The notes under the pieces are model-generated. The model saw only the letters and a program-made list of their open reading frames with translations, did no database searches and had not been told where the DNA came from. From Gammaproteobacteria bacterium (GTDB taxonomy: Bacteria; Pseudomonadota; Gammaproteobacteria; GCA-001735895), in NCBI GenBank assembly GCA_050298595.1, contig JBNKUM010000100.1, forward strand, positions 64,001 through 128,000: a stretch of 64,000 nt of DNA, in the 5' to 3' direction. This document shows, in pieces, positions 48,477 through 59,159 of the stretch (position 1 is the stretch's first letter; each line of letters begins with the position of its first letter). Both the position numbers and the translations under genes were made by a program.

Positions 48477-49651
48477 TAGTGGACCTTTAGTTCATAACCG
48501 ACGCAGGGATCGATCACATTGATCATCAACCGAGCCAGCTTTTGCAGTAGCTCTGGGTCTTTGCTGGTCAGGTTACTCAGGCTGTGAGCGATAAGGCCCT
48601 GTGGATGAAAATTCCACTCAGTAGGCGCAAGAATCTGGTACTGGCTGATCTGGTCATTATCTATCTCTACACGGTGGATCAGGCGACCACGTGCAGCTTC
48701 GGTTTGTGCCAGACCCATGTTCGAGCTTGCCACAGCAGGGCTGGTTGAATCCGATGACTCAATCTCAGCCATTAACTGGCGTAGCTGAGTTGGAATACGT
48801 GCCAGTTCCAGCAGGCGTGCTACCCAGCGTGTAATCAATGTGTTGTGAAATTCCTGAGCCAGTGACTGTATCAGGGGTTGATCCATCTGGCGTGACAGGG
48901 TGGTGGTTTCGTATTTTTGACCATGCCATTCCGGCTGTGCAATGAACTGATCGGCTGTGTTGTCGTTAAAGCGCTGTATCAGTTCATTATTGTCCAGCTC
49001 CGGTAAGGGATCGAGGCGCGAAAAACCCTGTGAAGTCCAGCCGTGATCGCAGATGATAGAAAGCGAGTTAGTGGCGGTGCTGTCATGCCCTTTGGACCAG
49101 TTATACAGGGTATCGATATCGTTAATCTGCAACCATTGCTCGGTGGGCTGATGGTATATGGCCTGTTGCAGGGTGTTTTCCAGCTGATTAATCAATTGAC
49201 GCAAGAGTTGGCCATCAGGCTGTAACTGGCTATGCAAAGCAAAGGCATCGCCATTGGCGAATAAAGCCACTTTGAATTCCTTAATCAGCTGGCCCAGCAG
49301 TGGTAGCTGGCTCTGATCCTGTTTCAGTTTGAAGAGCGTAGGCCAGTCGATCAGGATACGAAATAGATGTTCACGCGCATTTTCTACCAGAACCAGCATG
49401 TCTCTGGCTGCTTCTGCATTGCGTTTTTCCGCTATAGCCAGATTATTCTGTATCGCCTTAAGCGAGGTTCTGGCCTGTGCCACACCACACACGTTGTACA
49501 TTAAGGGTAATACCTTTAACGCTTCTTCAGGTGTTTTGCCAATCATCACTTTGCAAGCCTGCAGAGGGCGGGATGAGCTGATTTCGACTCGCTGCTGGGC
49601 TATTTTATTGGGGTAGAGGTCGATGTTTAACAGGCCTTCGATGGCATTCAT
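48476..49651 (-). CDS. hupK: HupK/HoxV scaffold protein
   Basis: VCGVAQ, EAARGRLIH, APTEWNFHP, DPCV. Confidence 0.9.
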   Translation of the reverse strand: MNAIEGLLNIDLYPNKIAQQRVEISSSRPLQACKVMIGKTPEEALKVLPLMYNVCGVAQARTSLKAIQNNLAIAEKRNAEAARDMLVLVENAREHLFRILIDWPTLFKLKQDQSQLPLLGQLIKEFKVALFANGDAFALHSQLQPDGQLLRQLINQLENTLQQAIYHQPTEQWLQINDIDTLYNWSKGHDSTATNSLSIICDHGWTSQGFSRLDPLPELDNNELIQRFNDNTADQFIAQPEWHGQKYETTTLSRQMDQPLIQSLAQEFHNTLITRWVARLLELARIPTQLRQLMAEIESSDSTSPAVASSNMGLAQTEAARGRLIHRVEIDNDQISQYQILAPTEWNFHPQGLIAHSLSNLTSKDPELLQKLARLMINVIDPCVGYELKVH

Positions 49652-50265
49652 GAGTTATCTCCATCCGAGTTAAACATAGCGCGTAATAATTCGCGTCTAC
49701 TTAAGGGTTGCTGTAGGCGTTCGCTGATCATTGGTCTTTCGGTTTCAGGGTTATTAGTATTATTTATTGTAGCCTGTTGAGGTTCAATTTCAGGCACATC
49801 TTCTCCTTTCCAGATGTTTTCCATCTGTTGCGGCTGGACATGCATCTCATCCTGATTCCGTGGATTCATTATTTCCTGCATAATGATTTGAGCGGTTTCT
49901 ACAGCGCTGTCATCGTCAGTAAAGTCAAACATGGGGGAGAACAGGCTGCACATCTGGTATTTGCCTATCTCTTCTTCATATCCTGTAATGAATTCGTAGC
50001 GCCCTGAGGGGAATACATACGAGCGTTTGCTCAATTCGTGAAACTCGGACCAGTCTTCCTGCTCACCTGGTATCAGCATCAGGTTCATAAACCAGGGAGT
50101 GCTAAGTACACCCAGGTAATGCTGTTGCCAGGGCTGGAAACCTGTTGCATGCACCTGAAGCTTATCGTTGACCATGGGCATATCTGTCATACGCTCTTTA
50201 TAAATACGATTAAAAACAGCTTCTAGTTTACGCGTGATTTCAACTTCGGGTTTGTCTGACATCAA
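49648..50265 (-). CDS. hupJ: HybE/HoxT-family chaperone (HupJ)
   Basis: TPWFMNL, CSLFSPM, C-terminal SRRELL. Confidence 0.85.
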   Translation of the reverse strand: MMSDKPEVEITRKLEAVFNRIYKERMTDMPMVNDKLQVHATGFQPWQQHYLGVLSTPWFMNLMLIPGEQEDWSEFHELSKRSYVFPSGRYEFITGYEEEIGKYQMCSLFSPMFDFTDDDSAVETAQIIMQEIMNPRNQDEMHVQPQQMENIWKGEDVPEIEPQQATINNTNNPETERPMISERLQQPLSRRELLRAMFNSDGDNS

Positions 50266-50335
50266 TAAACCCCGAATTTAGCGCTATACACAGCTGTTCG
50301 GTTCCTGTACAGGGTGTTCATTTTGATGAGCGGCC

Positions 50336-50557
50336 TTAATCTTCCAGTACCATGAAGTCAATCTTTTTACTGTCGCACTGAGGGCAGGTCCAGTGAGCGG
50401 GTAATTGCGAAAATGGTGTTCCAGCAGCGATCTGCCAGTATTCATCGCCTTTGACTGGGTCGTATACATGCCAGCAAATCTTGCACTCAAGGCGTGTGTC
50501 ATCGCTCAGTTTGCTATTGTCACCGCCAAATGATCCGGGTATGTGTTGCTGGTTCAT
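50336..50557 (-). CDS. hupI: Rubredoxin HupI/HoxR
   Basis: ECKICWHVYDP...WTCPQC. Confidence 0.9.
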   Translation of the reverse strand: MNQQHIPGSFGGDNSKLSDDTRLECKICWHVYDPVKGDEYWQIAAGTPFSQLPAHWTCPQCDSKKIDFMVLED

Positions 50558-50559
50558 CT

Positions 50560-51429
50560 TTACTCGTAAATGCTGAGAATTTCATTCAATCGTTGTGCGC
50601 TATCGTCAATATCTTCCTGCGATGCGCGAGCAACTTCGGGGACCTTACTGATTTCTATCGTATTCAAAATCAGGGTTTCCTGCGAGTTATAATATTGTAC
50701 CCACCAGACATTGCGTGTAGCTGTACTGCTGATACGACAGTTACCGTAACCACGCGACAGAATAATGATCGGTCCTATGCCAAGCTGGTCAGACAGATAC
50801 AGTAGATCCTGTTCTGTATGCGGTAACAGCGACAGGTTGATGACATAGGGCTCGTCGACGGGTCTGTATCCGGGTAGCTTATCGTGGATTTCTACTAATA
50901 AAGGTGCCGCGTTATATACGTCATCCGGTATCTGTAAGTCTGCTATCGTTATATTTTGCCGGGCTTCTGCAAAGGTTAATTCGCTGATCAGTCCAGGAAT
51001 ATCGGCTATCTCGATGGTATCACGGATAATAGCCTGATGTTCATCTACGTATTGCACGCGCCATACTCCAGCCAGCACCGATTCCTGAATCAGGGCATTG
51101 ATATTACCGGAGCATTGCACGCTGACTTCGCCTTCGCCCAGTAGCTGATCGAAGAACTGTCGGTTTTTCAGATCAAGCTCGTTAAGCTCAAAGATCTGGG
51201 TGGAACCGCCAACTTTGTAATGCTGAAGGCCCTGTTCGATTTTTCGAGTGAGATCTATTGCGTTTTCCAGCCCAATGATTTCTTCCGCTTCTGGGATCAT
51301 AGGGGCTTCATAGGTAAACATGCCGGAGGGCATTTGCATGAAGGTCATTTCTGCACCATCGCTGTCTGCGGGCTGCGAGCCGGGGCCAACAACTGGGCTT
51401 ATTTCAATAGGGATGTGTATTTTATTCAT
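50560..51429 (-). CDS. hupH: HupH/HoxQ small-subunit maturation protein
   Basis: LGEGEVS, ESVLAGVWRV, INLSLLP, SRGYGNC. Confidence 0.9.
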   Translation of the reverse strand: MNKIHIPIEISPVVGPGSQPADSDGAEMTFMQMPSGMFTYEAPMIPEAEEIIGLENAIDLTRKIEQGLQHYKVGGSTQIFELNELDLKNRQFFDQLLGEGEVSVQCSGNINALIQESVLAGVWRVQYVDEHQAIIRDTIEIADIPGLISELTFAEARQNITIADLQIPDDVYNAAPLLVEIHDKLPGYRPVDEPYVINLSLLPHTEQDLLYLSDQLGIGPIIILSRGYGNCRISSTATRNVWWVQYYNSQETLILNTIEISKVPEVARASQEDIDDSAQRLNEILSIYE

Positions 51430-51439
51430 GTTGATCTCC

Positions 51440-51871
51440 TCAGGGTTGACTGCAAGCGGATACAGCTTGCTCAACGGGTAGCGCAAAGCCGGGCGCAGAT
51501 CTGGGTTGTGAGCTTAATATCTGATTGATCTGGGTAAGGTAGGTGCCCCAATCCTGCACTCGGCTGACCACACCGAGATATTTTGCATCGCGCAGGAATA
51601 CCAGGGTTGGCCATTCGTTAAAGCCATAACGGGTTTGTAGCTTGCGCTGTGCGCTCTGGTCGATGACAGCAGCAGCAAATCTATTACCATATTCCTTTAC
51701 CAGCTCAGGCAGGATCATTGACACATCGTTGCTTTCTGGAAAACGAGTCGGGTCTTCGGTGAAGAACAACACGCATTCTTCGTGATTCTGAATGAATGTG
51801 TCATGCGCGGCTTCATCCAGTAGTGGGTAACCATATTTTTCTATCATGTTTTCAATCAGTGGTGATGGCAT
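51440..51871 (-). CDS. hupG: HupG/HoxO (HyaE thioredoxin-like)
   Basis: DPTRFPESNDVSMILPEL, WPTLVFLR. Confidence 0.9.
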   Translation of the reverse strand: MPSPLIENMIEKYGYPLLDEAAHDTFIQNHEECVLFFTEDPTRFPESNDVSMILPELVKEYGNRFAAAVIDQSAQRKLQTRYGFNEWPTLVFLRDAKYLGVVSRVQDWGTYLTQINQILSSQPRSAPGFALPVEQAVSACSQP

Positions 51872-51913
51872 GCTTACTCCTCAGTTTATTCTGGTTTTTA
51901 TATTGTTTGGGGT

Positions 51914-52264
51914 TTAGTGTTTCTTCCGACTCTGTTCCAGTGCTATCAATGATTCTGGCTTTGGTATTTCACGGTCGATCAAATCGGCGAACAGCGCTTC
52001 AATAGATTCACTCTGCAGTGACGATTCGCTGATTCCCCCATCGTTTTGCATGATCAGGTCGATGGCTTTGACTGCATCGGTAATGCGTGCGGCATCCTCT
52101 TCGCTCAATACCTCGCGCGCGCTATCGAGAAAGATCAGTAGCCAGGTTCCAGGTGGCTGTTCGCCGACCAGGAGAGTATCAACCTCGCGTTGCATGCCCA
52201 TGCCTTCACAGCGGGCATAGCCGAAACCGGATTCCAAAACCTGCATGGGAATACCGATACACAT
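51914..52264 (-). CDS. hupF: HupF/HoxL (HypC paralogue)
   Basis: MCIGIPMQV start, extended C-terminus LFADLIDRE. Confidence 0.9.
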   Translation of the reverse strand: MCIGIPMQVLESGFGYARCEGMGMQREVDTLLVGEQPPGTWLLIFLDSAREVLSEEDAARITDAVKAIDLIMQNDGGISESSLQSESIEALFADLIDREIPKPESLIALEQSRKKH

Positions 52265-52291
52265 TAGCGGCGGTTCTGCTCATAGACGGCT

Positions 52292-53002
52292 TTAAGCATG
52301 CTTATCACCGTACTTACCCCTATGGTCTACATCGCAGCTGATGGTTTTTTCAGGGTCTAGCGGGTAGGGCCGGTAGCCAATTTCAAATTCGGCTGATTTA
52401 AGTACGCGTTCATCGCCGATGCGACAGGCCAGTTCAGGGCCGGGTCGATCCTGTTCGTAGGCTTCGATATGCATTTCCTGACCGGACAGGGATGCTTCGG
52501 GTGGCAGTGGTTTAGATCTTTTTGATGCCTGAATATCAAACTGCTGTAACCACTTGAGTGCTGACTGAATGGCGGGTTCGATTTGCTGGCGGGTTTTTTC
52601 GCGCAGACTGCCGCCGAAGTCTTCCAGCTGCACCGGTTGCACACCGACCAGTAATAGATGTTGCGGATAACGGCCAAGCATTTCTGCCATCGCCAGTACT
52701 TCCTGAAAACCGGTCTGATGCAGGCTCATCTTTTTGGCCCCCATGAATTTGGGTACATCATCACCTTCTATCAGGCGCAGGGTGCCGGGTTCGAGTCCGT
52801 AATCGATGGCATCAAATACGACTAACAGGTCAGCCTGTTCTACGTATTGCACCAGGTAGATGCCCTGAGTGCCACCATCCATCAGGGTGACGTTTTCATC
52901 AAATTGATAGTAACGATTTAACTGTTCAACCGCTCGAACGCCGAAACCTTCGTCAGCCCAGAGAAGATTTCCTATACCGAGAATAAGCGTTTTGTAGGTC
53001 AT
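52292..53002 (-). CDS. hupD: Hydrogenase maturation endopeptidase HupD/HoxM
   Basis: GIGNLLWADEGFGV, DGGTQG, SLHQTGFQEVL. Confidence 0.94.
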   Translation of the reverse strand: MTYKTLILGIGNLLWADEGFGVRAVEQLNRYYQFDENVTLMDGGTQGIYLVQYVEQADLLVVFDAIDYGLEPGTLRLIEGDDVPKFMGAKKMSLHQTGFQEVLAMAEMLGRYPQHLLLVGVQPVQLEDFGGSLREKTRQQIEPAIQSALKWLQQFDIQASKRSKPLPPEASLSGQEMHIEAYEQDRPGPELACRIGDERVLKSAEFEIGYRPYPLDPEKTISCDVDHRGKYGDKHA

Positions 53003-53105
53003 TTTTGCGTGCCTCGGTGATAAACTGGAAGCAATAGTTACACAATGAAGTAAAAAAGTAAACTAAGTATTCAATAAGTAAGTTATTTCTAGTACATGTG
53101 CGATT

Positions 53106-53148
53106 AGTAGGTATCCGATAAAAAATCTTTACAGATAAGTAGGTATCC
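53106..53148. promoter_or_regulatory. 11-bp direct repeat, candidate HupR upstream activator sites
   Basis: AGTAGGTATCC at 53106 and 53138 (32-bp period) upstream of the sigma54 promoter. Confidence 0.45.
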
Positions 53149-53216
53149 ATTTAATTCCAGAATAAAAAAATGGTTAATATAGGTTAAGTTATTGAAATTA
53201 CTTTCAAACACTGTGT

Positions 53217-53232
53217 TGGCACCAACGCTGCA
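53217..53232 (+). promoter_or_regulatory. Sigma54 (-24/-12) promoter of hupSLC
   Basis: TGGCAC-caacg-CTGCA with GG-N10-GC spacing; IHF-like AAGTTATTGAAA at about 53186-53197. Confidence 0.8.
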
Positions 53233-53275
53233 TTATCAGGGGGGAGCATAATAAAACCATAAAAGAGGAAGTAAA

Positions 53276-54361
53276 ATGACTGAAACGTTTTATGACGTGA
53301 TGCGTCGACAGGGGATAACCCGTCGAAGCTTTTTAAAGTTCTGCAGTCTGACTGCTGCAGCCATGGGCTTAAGCCCAGCATTTGCAGGCAAGATAGCTCA
53401 TGCGATGGAGACCAAGCCGCGTATCCCTGTGTTATGGCTACATGGTCTGGAATGTACCTGCTGTTCTGAATCGTTTATCCGCTCTGGCCATCCGCTGGCT
53501 AAGGACGTGATTCTGTCGATGATTTCGCTGGACTACGATGACACTATCATGGCCGCTGCCGGGCATCAGGCCGAGGCGATTGTGGATGATGTGATCGCAG
53601 AGCATAAAGGTAAGTACATCCTGGCCTGCGAAGGTAACCCTGGACTGGAGCAGGAGAATACCGGCGGTATGTCCTGCATTATTGGCGGTAAGCCTTATAC
53701 CGAACAGCTACGACGTGCAGCCAAAGATGCGATGGCAATTATCTCCTGGGGGTCCTGTGCTTCCTGGGGCTGTGTGCAGGCGGCCAAACCGAATCCTACT
53801 GGTGCAACGCCAATCCATAAGGTACCTGATATCGGTAATGCACCCATTATCAAGGTGCCAGGTTGTCCTCCAATTGCCGAGGTTATGACCGCTGTGATTA
53901 CCTATATCCTGACCTTTGAACGCCTGCCCTCGATGGATCGTCAGGGCCGCCCGCAAATGTTTTACTCGCAGCGTATTCACGACAAGTGCTATCGCCGTCC
54001 GCATTTCGATGCGGGTCAGTTTGTTGAAAAATGGGATGACGAATCTGCTCGTAAAGGCTACTGCCTGTACAAGATGGGCTGTAAAGGTCCGACCACATAC
54101 AACGCCTGTTCTACTATTCGCTGGAATGGTGGGCTGTCGTTCCCGATTCAGGCGGGTCACCCCTGTATCGGTTGCTCGGAAGATGGTTTCTGGGATAAGG
54201 GCGGTTTCTATAACCGTCTGACTAACATCAATCAATTTGGTGTTGAATCCAATGCAGATAAGGTCGGTATGACCGCTGCGACTGTGGTGGGTGGTGCTGC
54301 GGCTGTACATGCTGCGGTTTCGGCCCTGAAACGTACCCAACAGAAAGGAGACCAGGAATAA
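53276..54361 (+). CDS. hupS: Membrane-bound NiFe hydrogenase small subunit (O2-tolerant, group 1d type)
   Basis: Tat motif RRSFLK; ECTCCSES and CASWGC give the supernumerary Cys of the [4Fe-3S] cluster; C-terminal TM anchor. Confidence 0.96.
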   Translation: MTETFYDVMRRQGITRRSFLKFCSLTAAAMGLSPAFAGKIAHAMETKPRIPVLWLHGLECTCCSESFIRSGHPLAKDVILSMISLDYDDTIMAAAGHQAEAIVDDVIAEHKGKYILACEGNPGLEQENTGGMSCIIGGKPYTEQLRRAAKDAMAIISWGSCASWGCVQAAKPNPTGATPIHKVPDIGNAPIIKVPGCPPIAEVMTAVITYILTFERLPSMDRQGRPQMFYSQRIHDKCYRRPHFDAGQFVEKWDDESARKGYCLYKMGCKGPTTYNACSTIRWNGGLSFPIQAGHPCIGCSEDGFWDKGGFYNRLTNINQFGVESNADKVGMTAATVVGGAAAVHAAVSALKRTQQKGDQE

Positions 54362-56166
54362 TGAGCATTACAAATACGCCAAACGGCTATAAATTAGATA
54401 CAGCAGGCCAGCGTGTCGTGGTCGATCCGGTTACCCGTATCGAAGGGCATATGCGTGCTGAAGTGAATATCGATTCCAACAATATGATTACCAATGCGGT
54501 CTCCAGTGGCACCATCTGGCGCGGACTGGAAGTCATCCTGAAAGGTCGCGATCCACGCGATGCCTGGGCATTCGTACAACGCATCTGTGGTGTGTGTACT
54601 GGTACCCATGCGTTGACCTCGGTACGTGCGGTAGAGAATGCGCTGGGTATCAATATTCCAGAGAATGCCAACTCAATTCGTAACATCATGCAGCTGTCGT
54701 TGCAGGTGCACGATCATCTGGTGCATTTCTATCATTTGCATGCGCTGGACTGGGTAAACCCGGTGAATGCATTGAAGGCTGATCCGAAGGCCACTTCGGC
54801 ATTACAGCAGCAGGTGTCACCGCATCATCCTAACTCTTCACCAGGTTATTTCCGCGATGTGCAAAATCGCCTGAAGAAGTTTGTTGAGTCAGGCCAGCTT
54901 GGGCCATTCCGAAATGGCTACTGGAGCAATCCAGCTTACCTGTTACCACCCGAAGCCGACCTGATGGCTGTGACTCATTATCTGGAAGCACTGGATTTCC
55001 AGAAAGAAATCATGAAAACCAGAACTATCTTCGGTGGCAAGGATACACATCCAAACTGGACTGTCGGCGGTGTGCCCTGTCCGATCAATGTGGATGGTGT
55101 TGGCGCAGTCGGTGGGTTGAATATGGTTAACCTGAATCAGGTGCACCAGATTCTTAAGGACTCGCAAACCTTTATTAATAATGTCTACATCCCAGATATC
55201 CTGGCTATAGGTCAATTCTACAAAGGCTGGCTGTACGGTGGTGGCCTGTCCAGTCAGAGCGTCATGGCTTATGGTGATATTCCAGACAGGGCTAATGATT
55301 ATTCGCCATCTAATCTAATGATGCCAAGCGGTGCAATCATTAATGGTGATCTGAGCAAGGTGCATGACATTGATCTGACAGATCCTGAACAGGTGCAGGA
55401 ATTTGTTCCGCATAGCTGGTACAAATATCCGGATGGAGTAAAAGGTTTGCACCCCTGGGATGGTGTGACCAGTCCAGATTTTGATGTTAGTTCAGCCAAG
55501 GGTAGCAGTCAGAATATTGAAGAGCTTGATGAGAAAGCCAGTTACTCCTGGATCAAGGCGCCACGCTGGCGTGGTCACGCTATGGAAGTAGGTCCATTGG
55601 CACGCTACATCATCGGTTACGCAAAAGGGGATAAAGAGATTACCGAGCAGATTCAACTGGTACTAAAGACTCTTGATGTTCCGGTGACAGCATTGTTCTC
55701 AACGCTGGGGCGTACAGCGGCACGTGCATTAGAAGCTCAATGGGCAGCCGATAAACAGTTGTACTTCTTCGACAAGCTGATGACTAATATAAAGAATGGT
55801 GATTCTTCGACACACAGTGGTGAAATGTGGGATCCAGCAGAATGGCCTGCCGAAGCCAAAGGTGTTGGTTTTACCGAAGCACCACGGGGCGCATTAGGTC
55901 ACTGGATCAAAATCAAGGATACACGTATTGATAACTACCAGTGCGTAGTGCCAACAACCTGGAACGGTTCGCCGCGTGATGAGGCAGGAAATATCGGAGC
56001 ATTTGAAGCATCCATGATGAATACTAAAGTGGAAGTGCCGCACGAGCCCGTCGAGATCCTGCGTAATATCCATAGCTTTGATCCCTGTCTTGCCTGTTCA
56101 ACCCATGTGATGAGTGAAGACGGCGAAGAGCTGGCCAACGTGACTACCGGCCCCGTTGGGTCTTAG
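54361..56166 (+). CDS. hupL: Membrane-bound NiFe hydrogenase large subunit
   Basis: [24 protein letters not shown] followed by a cleavable tail. Confidence 0.97.
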   Translation: MSITNTPNGYKLDTAGQRVVVDPVTRIEGHMRAEVNIDSNNMITNAVSSGTIWRGLEVILKGRDPRDAWAFVQRICGVCTGTHALTSVRAVENALGINIPENANSIRNIMQLSLQVHDHLVHFYHLHALDWVNPVNALKADPKATSALQQQVSPHHPNSSPGYFRDVQNRLKKFVESGQLGPFRNGYWSNPAYLLPPEADLMAVTHYLEALDFQKEIMKTRTIFGGKDTHPNWTVGGVPCPINVDGVGAVGGLNMVNLNQVHQILKDSQTFINNVYIPDILAIGQFYKGWLYGGGLSSQSVMAYGDIPDRANDYSPSNLMMPSGAIINGDLSKVHDIDLTDPEQVQEFVPHSWYKYPDGVKGLHPWDGVTSPDFDVSSAKGSSQNIEELDEKASYSWIKAPRWRGHAMEVGPLARYIIGYAKGDKEITEQIQLVLKTLDVPVTALFSTLGRTAARALEAQWAADKQLYFFDKLMTNIKNGDSSTHSGEMWDPAEWPAEAKGVGFTEAPRGALGHWIKIKDTRIDNYQCVVPTTWNGSPRDEAGNIGAFEASMMNTKVEVPHEPVEILRNIHSFDPCLACSTHVMSEDGEELANVTTGPVGS

Positions 56167-56178
56167 GAGGGTAGTGCT

Positions 56179-56892
56179 ATGACAACCTTGGCAACCAAGC
56201 CTCATAACGAGCCTGCGGTCTATGTATACGAAGCTCCATTACGACTCTGGCACTGGATTAATGCTTTATCAATAGTGGTGCTGTGTTTGACGGGTTATTT
56301 TATCGGCAGTCCATTGCCAACCATGCCTGGTGAGGCGAGTGAAAACTTTCTGATGGGGTATATCCGTTTTACACATTTTTCTGCGGCCTATATATTCGCT
56401 ATAGGTTTTTTGTTCCGCATCTACTGGGCATTTGTCGGTAATTCACATGCGCGCCAGATCTTCCTGCCGTCCATCTTTAGCGCAAGCTTCTGGGATGGCG
56501 CATGGCATGAATTGAAATGGTATTTCTTTCTGACGCGTGAGCCGCGCAAGTACATAGGACACAATCCTCTGGCGATATTTGCCATGCATATTCTATTTGT
56601 ATGGACCGTATTGTTTATGATTGTAACTGGTTTTGCTTTATATGGTGAAGGCGCGGGCTATGACAGCTGGCAACATGCCGTGTTCTCATCCTGGGTGATT
56701 CCATTGTTCGGACAGAGTCAGGATGTGCATAGCTGGCACCATCTGATCATGTGGGTGATGATCTGTTTCATCATAACGCATATCTATGTCGCGATCCGCG
56801 AAGACATCATGTCGCGCCAGAGTCTGGTGAGTACCATGATTAGTGGTTGGCGTACGTTTAAGGACAATCGCGCGCCGGAGGATGAGCATTAG
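56179..56892 (+). CDS. hupC: Hydrogenase b-type cytochrome subunit
   Basis: RLWHW, YIRFTHF, GHNPL, SWHHL and IREDIMSRQS. Confidence 0.95.
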   Translation: MTTLATKPHNEPAVYVYEAPLRLWHWINALSIVVLCLTGYFIGSPLPTMPGEASENFLMGYIRFTHFSAAYIFAIGFLFRIYWAFVGNSHARQIFLPSIFSASFWDGAWHELKWYFFLTREPRKYIGHNPLAIFAMHILFVWTVLFMIVTGFALYGEGAGYDSWQHAVFSSWVIPLFGQSQDVHSWHHLIMWVMICFIITHIYVAIREDIMSRQSLVSTMISGWRTFKDNRAPEDEH

Positions 56893-56925
56893 AGTGTAAT
56901 AACCGTCTTTTCCTCGATAAGTGTG

Positions 56926-56984
56926 TCCGCAGCGTACTCGAATCCTCATGTATGTTTTATATACTACCGGTCCGCGTACGCTGC
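56926..56984. repeat. Imperfect palindromic element after hupC
   Basis: cgcagcgtac ... gtacgctgcg inverted arms. Confidence 0.55.
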
Positions 56985-57022
56985 GTTCTGGCTCTCATGA
57001 AAAAAATCTGGTTTTTTATAAC

Positions 57023-57553
57023 CTCAAGTTTCGGAGTTCAAAATGAAAAAAACCTGATCACTCCGACATTACTCATTTCCTGCAAAACTCAGTGTATCCA
57101 TTTGCTCTTGTATCTGTGATCGAATATCTCCGATACTCTCTTCCTGTTCTTCCAGCATATTATGTACCAGCATTAAATATCGAATGGCGCATAGGTGTTT
57201 CGAGGCAGTGAGTGATGTAAAAGTACAGTCTGCTCCTTAAGAAGTCCAGGATGTTGTTTCGCTTCCCTGAAATAGACTTCAATCCCTTATCGTAACGCAT
57301 AGACTTTCAGCATTTTAGTCATGCTCAGATCAACATTTTTTTAAGAACAATGACCAGCCTTTATTGCTGGTCTCCGATTCATTGGGTTGATTTAATCCCA
57401 GAACAAACAACAGTCGTACCAGTTGCTACTGAGGTACCTTTTTGTCTTCTCTGGATATACAGATCAACGTCCAGTATCACAGCACGCCAGGGCAAGCTGA
57501 GTACTTTTTTCATTTTACCGCTGTGCTATACAGATCTTTTGCCTATAGCAATT
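57023..57553 (-). pseudogene. Degraded IS4-like DDE transposase 3' part with terminal repeat
   Basis: Minus strand VYALR*GIEVYFREAKQH (Y-x2-R-W-x-IE-x2-F-R signature) with stops and frameshifts; probable element end ctcaagtttcg at 57023. Confidence 0.75.
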
Positions 57554-57569
57554 GTTTTTTTCTTCCTTT

Positions 57570-57774
57570 AATCTAGAATCCACAGTTGGACGAGTTGTAG
57601 TGTGTTTGCGGTGGTGTAGATCAAGGGGTTACAGTGCAGAGATACGCTATCTCAAACGTGCAATTCAGCTCGTAGTGGGATTCACCTCTTTGGTGAAAAT
57701 ACAAACCGACTGTGATCGTTTACGAAGCAGAGGGTTACCTACTAATACGAGCGGTCAACTGCGGAATCCAGGTT
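57570..57774 (+). mobile_element. MITE-like element (205 bp), empty version
   Basis: Imperfect TIR aatctagaatccacagttg ... caactgcggaatccaggtt; colinear with the reverse complement of 17619-17918. Confidence 0.85.
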
Positions 57775-57793
57775 TAATCCGAGGGAGGTTTAA

Positions 57794-58312
57794 ATGAGTC
57801 TGGTATGGCGTGAGAAAATGAGCGTACACAACAGCTTGATTGATAAGGAACATAAATACCTGATCGATCAGATCAATGCGCTTGAGGTGGCAATTAATAC
57901 ACATGATAACCACGATATTCTAGTCGAAATTCTGAATCATCTGATGGGCTATACGAAAACTCATTTTGAGCATGAAGAAATGATTCAGAAAAAGATAAAC
58001 TACCCTGGAATCTCTGAGCATATAGAGGAGCATCGCAAACTCATCGACGAGTTCACAGGTATTAAAGCTAGACTGGATGAGATTCTGTTAAGTGTCGAAT
58101 TTGCTGAAAAGCCGTCGGAGGGAGATAATATTACCGACGATGAAATAAACGATTTGCTATCTGATGATGCCCCAGATGAACCCCTGAGTAAGAAAGACCT
58201 GGAGCCTCTGATTGGACTGATGCGCCACTGGTTGATTGATCACATCATAGGCAGTGATCTGAAACTGAAGCCCCTACTACTAAAACACCCCGTTGATTTA
58301 AGTTTCGACTGA
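57794..58312 (+). CDS. Bacteriohemerythrin
   Basis: W...IDKEHKYL, HFEHEE, YP..EH.EEH and WL.DHI...D; gggagg RBS. Confidence 0.9.
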   Translation: MSLVWREKMSVHNSLIDKEHKYLIDQINALEVAINTHDNHDILVEILNHLMGYTKTHFEHEEMIQKKINYPGISEHIEEHRKLIDEFTGIKARLDEILLSVEFAEKPSEGDNITDDEINDLLSDDAPDEPLSKKDLEPLIGLMRHWLIDHIIGSDLKLKPLLLKHPVDLSFD

Positions 58313-58397
58313 TTGGATACTTAACTTTATCGAGCCTGAAAGCCAATATATTCGGCGATTGATTACAAAATACCGGGTGTTATTTCCAGCTACGCAG

Positions 58398-59159
58398 TTA
58401 CTCTTTTAAACGATAGCCTGTTTTAAACATCCACCACACGATGCTGGAGCAGATCGCCAGAAATAACAAAATAACCCCCAGGCTTATAACGACATTCACA
58501 TCAGAAACACCAAAGAAGCTCCAGCGAAAACCACTAACCAGATAAAGTACCGGATTGAACAGGGTAATGGTCTGCCACACAGGTGGCAGCATACTCACCG
58601 AATAAAAAGTGCCGCCGAGGAACACCAGTGGTGTAATGATTAATAAGGGGACAACCTGTAATTTTTCAAAGTTGTTTGCCCACAGGCCTATAATAAAACC
58701 TAACAGGCTGAATGAAATACAGGTAAGCACCAGAAACATAACCATCCAGACCGGGTGGTCGATGCGTAAATCTACAAAAAAAGCTGCAGTAATCAAGATG
58801 ATGATGCCAAGAATCATGGACTTCGAAGCTGCGGCCCCTACATAGCCCAGTATGATTTCGAAGAATGAAATCGGGGCTGACATGACTTCATATACCGTGC
58901 CGGTGAATTTGGGGAAGAAGATACCAAACGAGGCATTCGAAACGCTTTGTGTCAGTATCGATAACATCATCAGGCCCGGCACAATAAACAACCCATAGCT
59001 TACACCGTCAACCGCCTGTATGCGTGAGCCGATGGCTGAGCCAAATACAATAAAATAGAGCGCAGTTGATAAAACCGGTGATGCAATACTTTGGAACAGG
59101 GTGTGCCAGGTGCGTAGCATCTCATATTTGTAAATAACTTTGACGGCTTGTATATTCAT
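58398..59159 (-). CDS. ABC-2 type exporter permease (YadH-like)
   Basis: [27 protein letters not shown] and [12 protein letters not shown]. Confidence 0.88.
   Translation of the reverse strand: MNIQAVKVIYKYEMLRTWHTLFQSIASPVLSTALYFIVFGSAIGSRIQAVDGVSYGLFIVPGLMMLSILTQSVSNASFGIFFPKFTGTVYEVMSAPISFFEIILGYVGAAASKSMILGIIILITAAFFVDLRIDHPVWMVMFLVLTCISFSLLGFIIGLWANNFEKLQVVPLLIITPLVFLGGTFYSVSMLPPVWQTITLFNPVLYLVSGFRWSFFGVSDVNVVISLGVILLFLAICSSIVWWMFKTGYRLKE

Noticed and set aside
53708-54340. 210-aa antisense ORF in hupS, and similar shadow ORFs in mod, hyp and GH16 genes
   Set aside because: Antisense or alternative-frame shadows of well-supported genes.
57350-57797. ORFs 57350-57571 and 57552-57797
   Set aside because: They overlap the IS4 relic (antisense) and the MITE.
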